In this document: positions 23,437 through 24,000 of the stretch, in pieces
How positions within the stretch are numbered: the first letter of the stretch is position 1
How the letters are laid out: each line of letters opens with the position of its first letter
Assembly (NCBI RefSeq): GCF_025840185.1
Contig: NZ_JAMPJU010000002.1
Location: forward strand, 233,536-257,535
Length of the DNA stretch: 24,000 nucleotides
Direction of reading: 5' to 3'
Origin: Brenneria izbisi
GTDB lineage: Bacteria > Pseudomonadota > Gammaproteobacteria > Enterobacterales > Enterobacteriaceae
The notes under the pieces: model-generated
The model's input: the letters and a program-made list of their open reading frames with translations, nothing else
Told to the model about the DNA's origin: nothing
The model's database searches: none
Program-made: the position numbers and the translations under genes

Positions 23437-24000
23437 TTAATACACTATCATTTTTCTATCATTAAATTCGTTCCACTTCCCATCAATATAATCACACATC
23501 TCTTTACAAAATCGCTCAGAAGAAAATCGCAATGCATTCTCTCGACAATGATTTGGGTTTATTTGTAAATGTATACTTTCAAATTTCTCAACCGCAGATA
23601 TAATTGATGCGACATCTTGCTTCTCAAAAAAAATTCCCGTTGCTTTATCTACCCCAAAAGGTCTAACTGTCTCCAAGGCACCTCCTTTACCAAAAGCAAT
23701 CACTGGCGTTCCACATGCTTGAGCTTCTACGGGAGTAATACCAAAATCTTCTTCAGCAGCAAAAACAAATGCTTTAGCTTTTTGCATATATTCCAGCATA
23801 ATACTATTAGGTTGATAGCCTAATATTTCTATATTCTTTGATGCTTTTGATTTCACTTTTTTCATTTCTGAGCCATCGCCAATAACCACTAATTTTCTAT
23901 CAGGCATATAGCTAAAGGCTTCAACAATCAAATCCATTCTTTTATAAGGAACCAATCTTGATGCGGTAAAATAAAAATCATCTTTTTTATCTTGAAATGT
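23437..24000 (-). CDS. Glycosyltransferase, GT4 family (Glycos_transf_1 C-terminal domain), partial (N-terminus beyond right edge)
   Basis: The track ORF 23437..23955 starts at an internal TTG. The frame stays open to position 24000 (TFQDKKDDFYFTASRLVPYKRMDL...). Typical GT4 C-terminal half: F.F.ASRL.PYKR.DL...AF, then KL.VIGDG and the E(x7)E-type region FVFAAEEDFGITPVEAQACGTPVIAF..GGA.ETV. Confidence 0.85.
   Translation of the reverse strand, partial: TFQDKKDDFYFTASRLVPYKRMDLIVEAFSYMPDRKLVVIGDGSEMKKVKSKASKNIEILGYQPNSIMLEYMQKAKAFVFAAEEDFGITPVEAQACGTPVIAFGKGGALETVRPFGVDKATGIFFEKQDVASIISAVEKFESIHLQINPNHCRENALRFSSERFCKEMCDYIDGKWNEFNDRKMIVY

Overview
This looks like an Enterobacterales-type chromosomal segment; the species cannot be determined from the sequence alone. 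All homology calls come from my reading of the translations and remembered reference proteins (mostly Salmonella and E. coli), not from searches.

Layout:
- 1-6.2 kb, minus strand: the promoter-proximal part of an anaerobic cobalamin operon, cbiA-B-C-D-E-T-F (cbiF runs off the left edge). The genes are tightly packed with ATGA-type stop/start overlaps. A clear AdoCbl riboswitch and an expression-platform hairpin precede cbiA.
- 6.4-9.5 kb, plus strand, divergent from cbi: a YahK-like NADP alcohol dehydrogenase, then overlapping cobD (threonine-phosphate decarboxylase) and pduX (threonine kinase).
- 9.6-18.6 kb, all minus strand: an isolated, lower-GC BglG/LicT-family antiterminator with its own candidate promoter, leader and strong terminator. 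Then the yjbEFGH (GfcABCD-like) exopolysaccharide operon, which has an internal terminator after yjbE. Then gnd and galF, directly adjacent, and a decayed dedA/yohD-family pseudogene.
- From about 18.6 kb the DNA becomes visibly AT-rich. rmlA-rmlC-rmlD (plus) converge on ugd, a UDP-glucuronate 4-epimerase and a partial GT4 glycosyltransferase (minus). This is the edge of an O-antigen/capsule-type locus.

I saw no tRNA or rRNA genes, CRISPR array, transposase, integrase or phage genes.

I do not find a convincing, wholly novel multi-gene system. The best leads are:
- the orphan antiterminator module and its non-canonical leader;
- the regulatory architecture around yjbE;
- the rearranged galF-gnd / rmlACD-without-rmlB polysaccharide region, bordered by the pseudogene;
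- the alcohol dehydrogenase linked to the B12 aminopropanol-branch genes.
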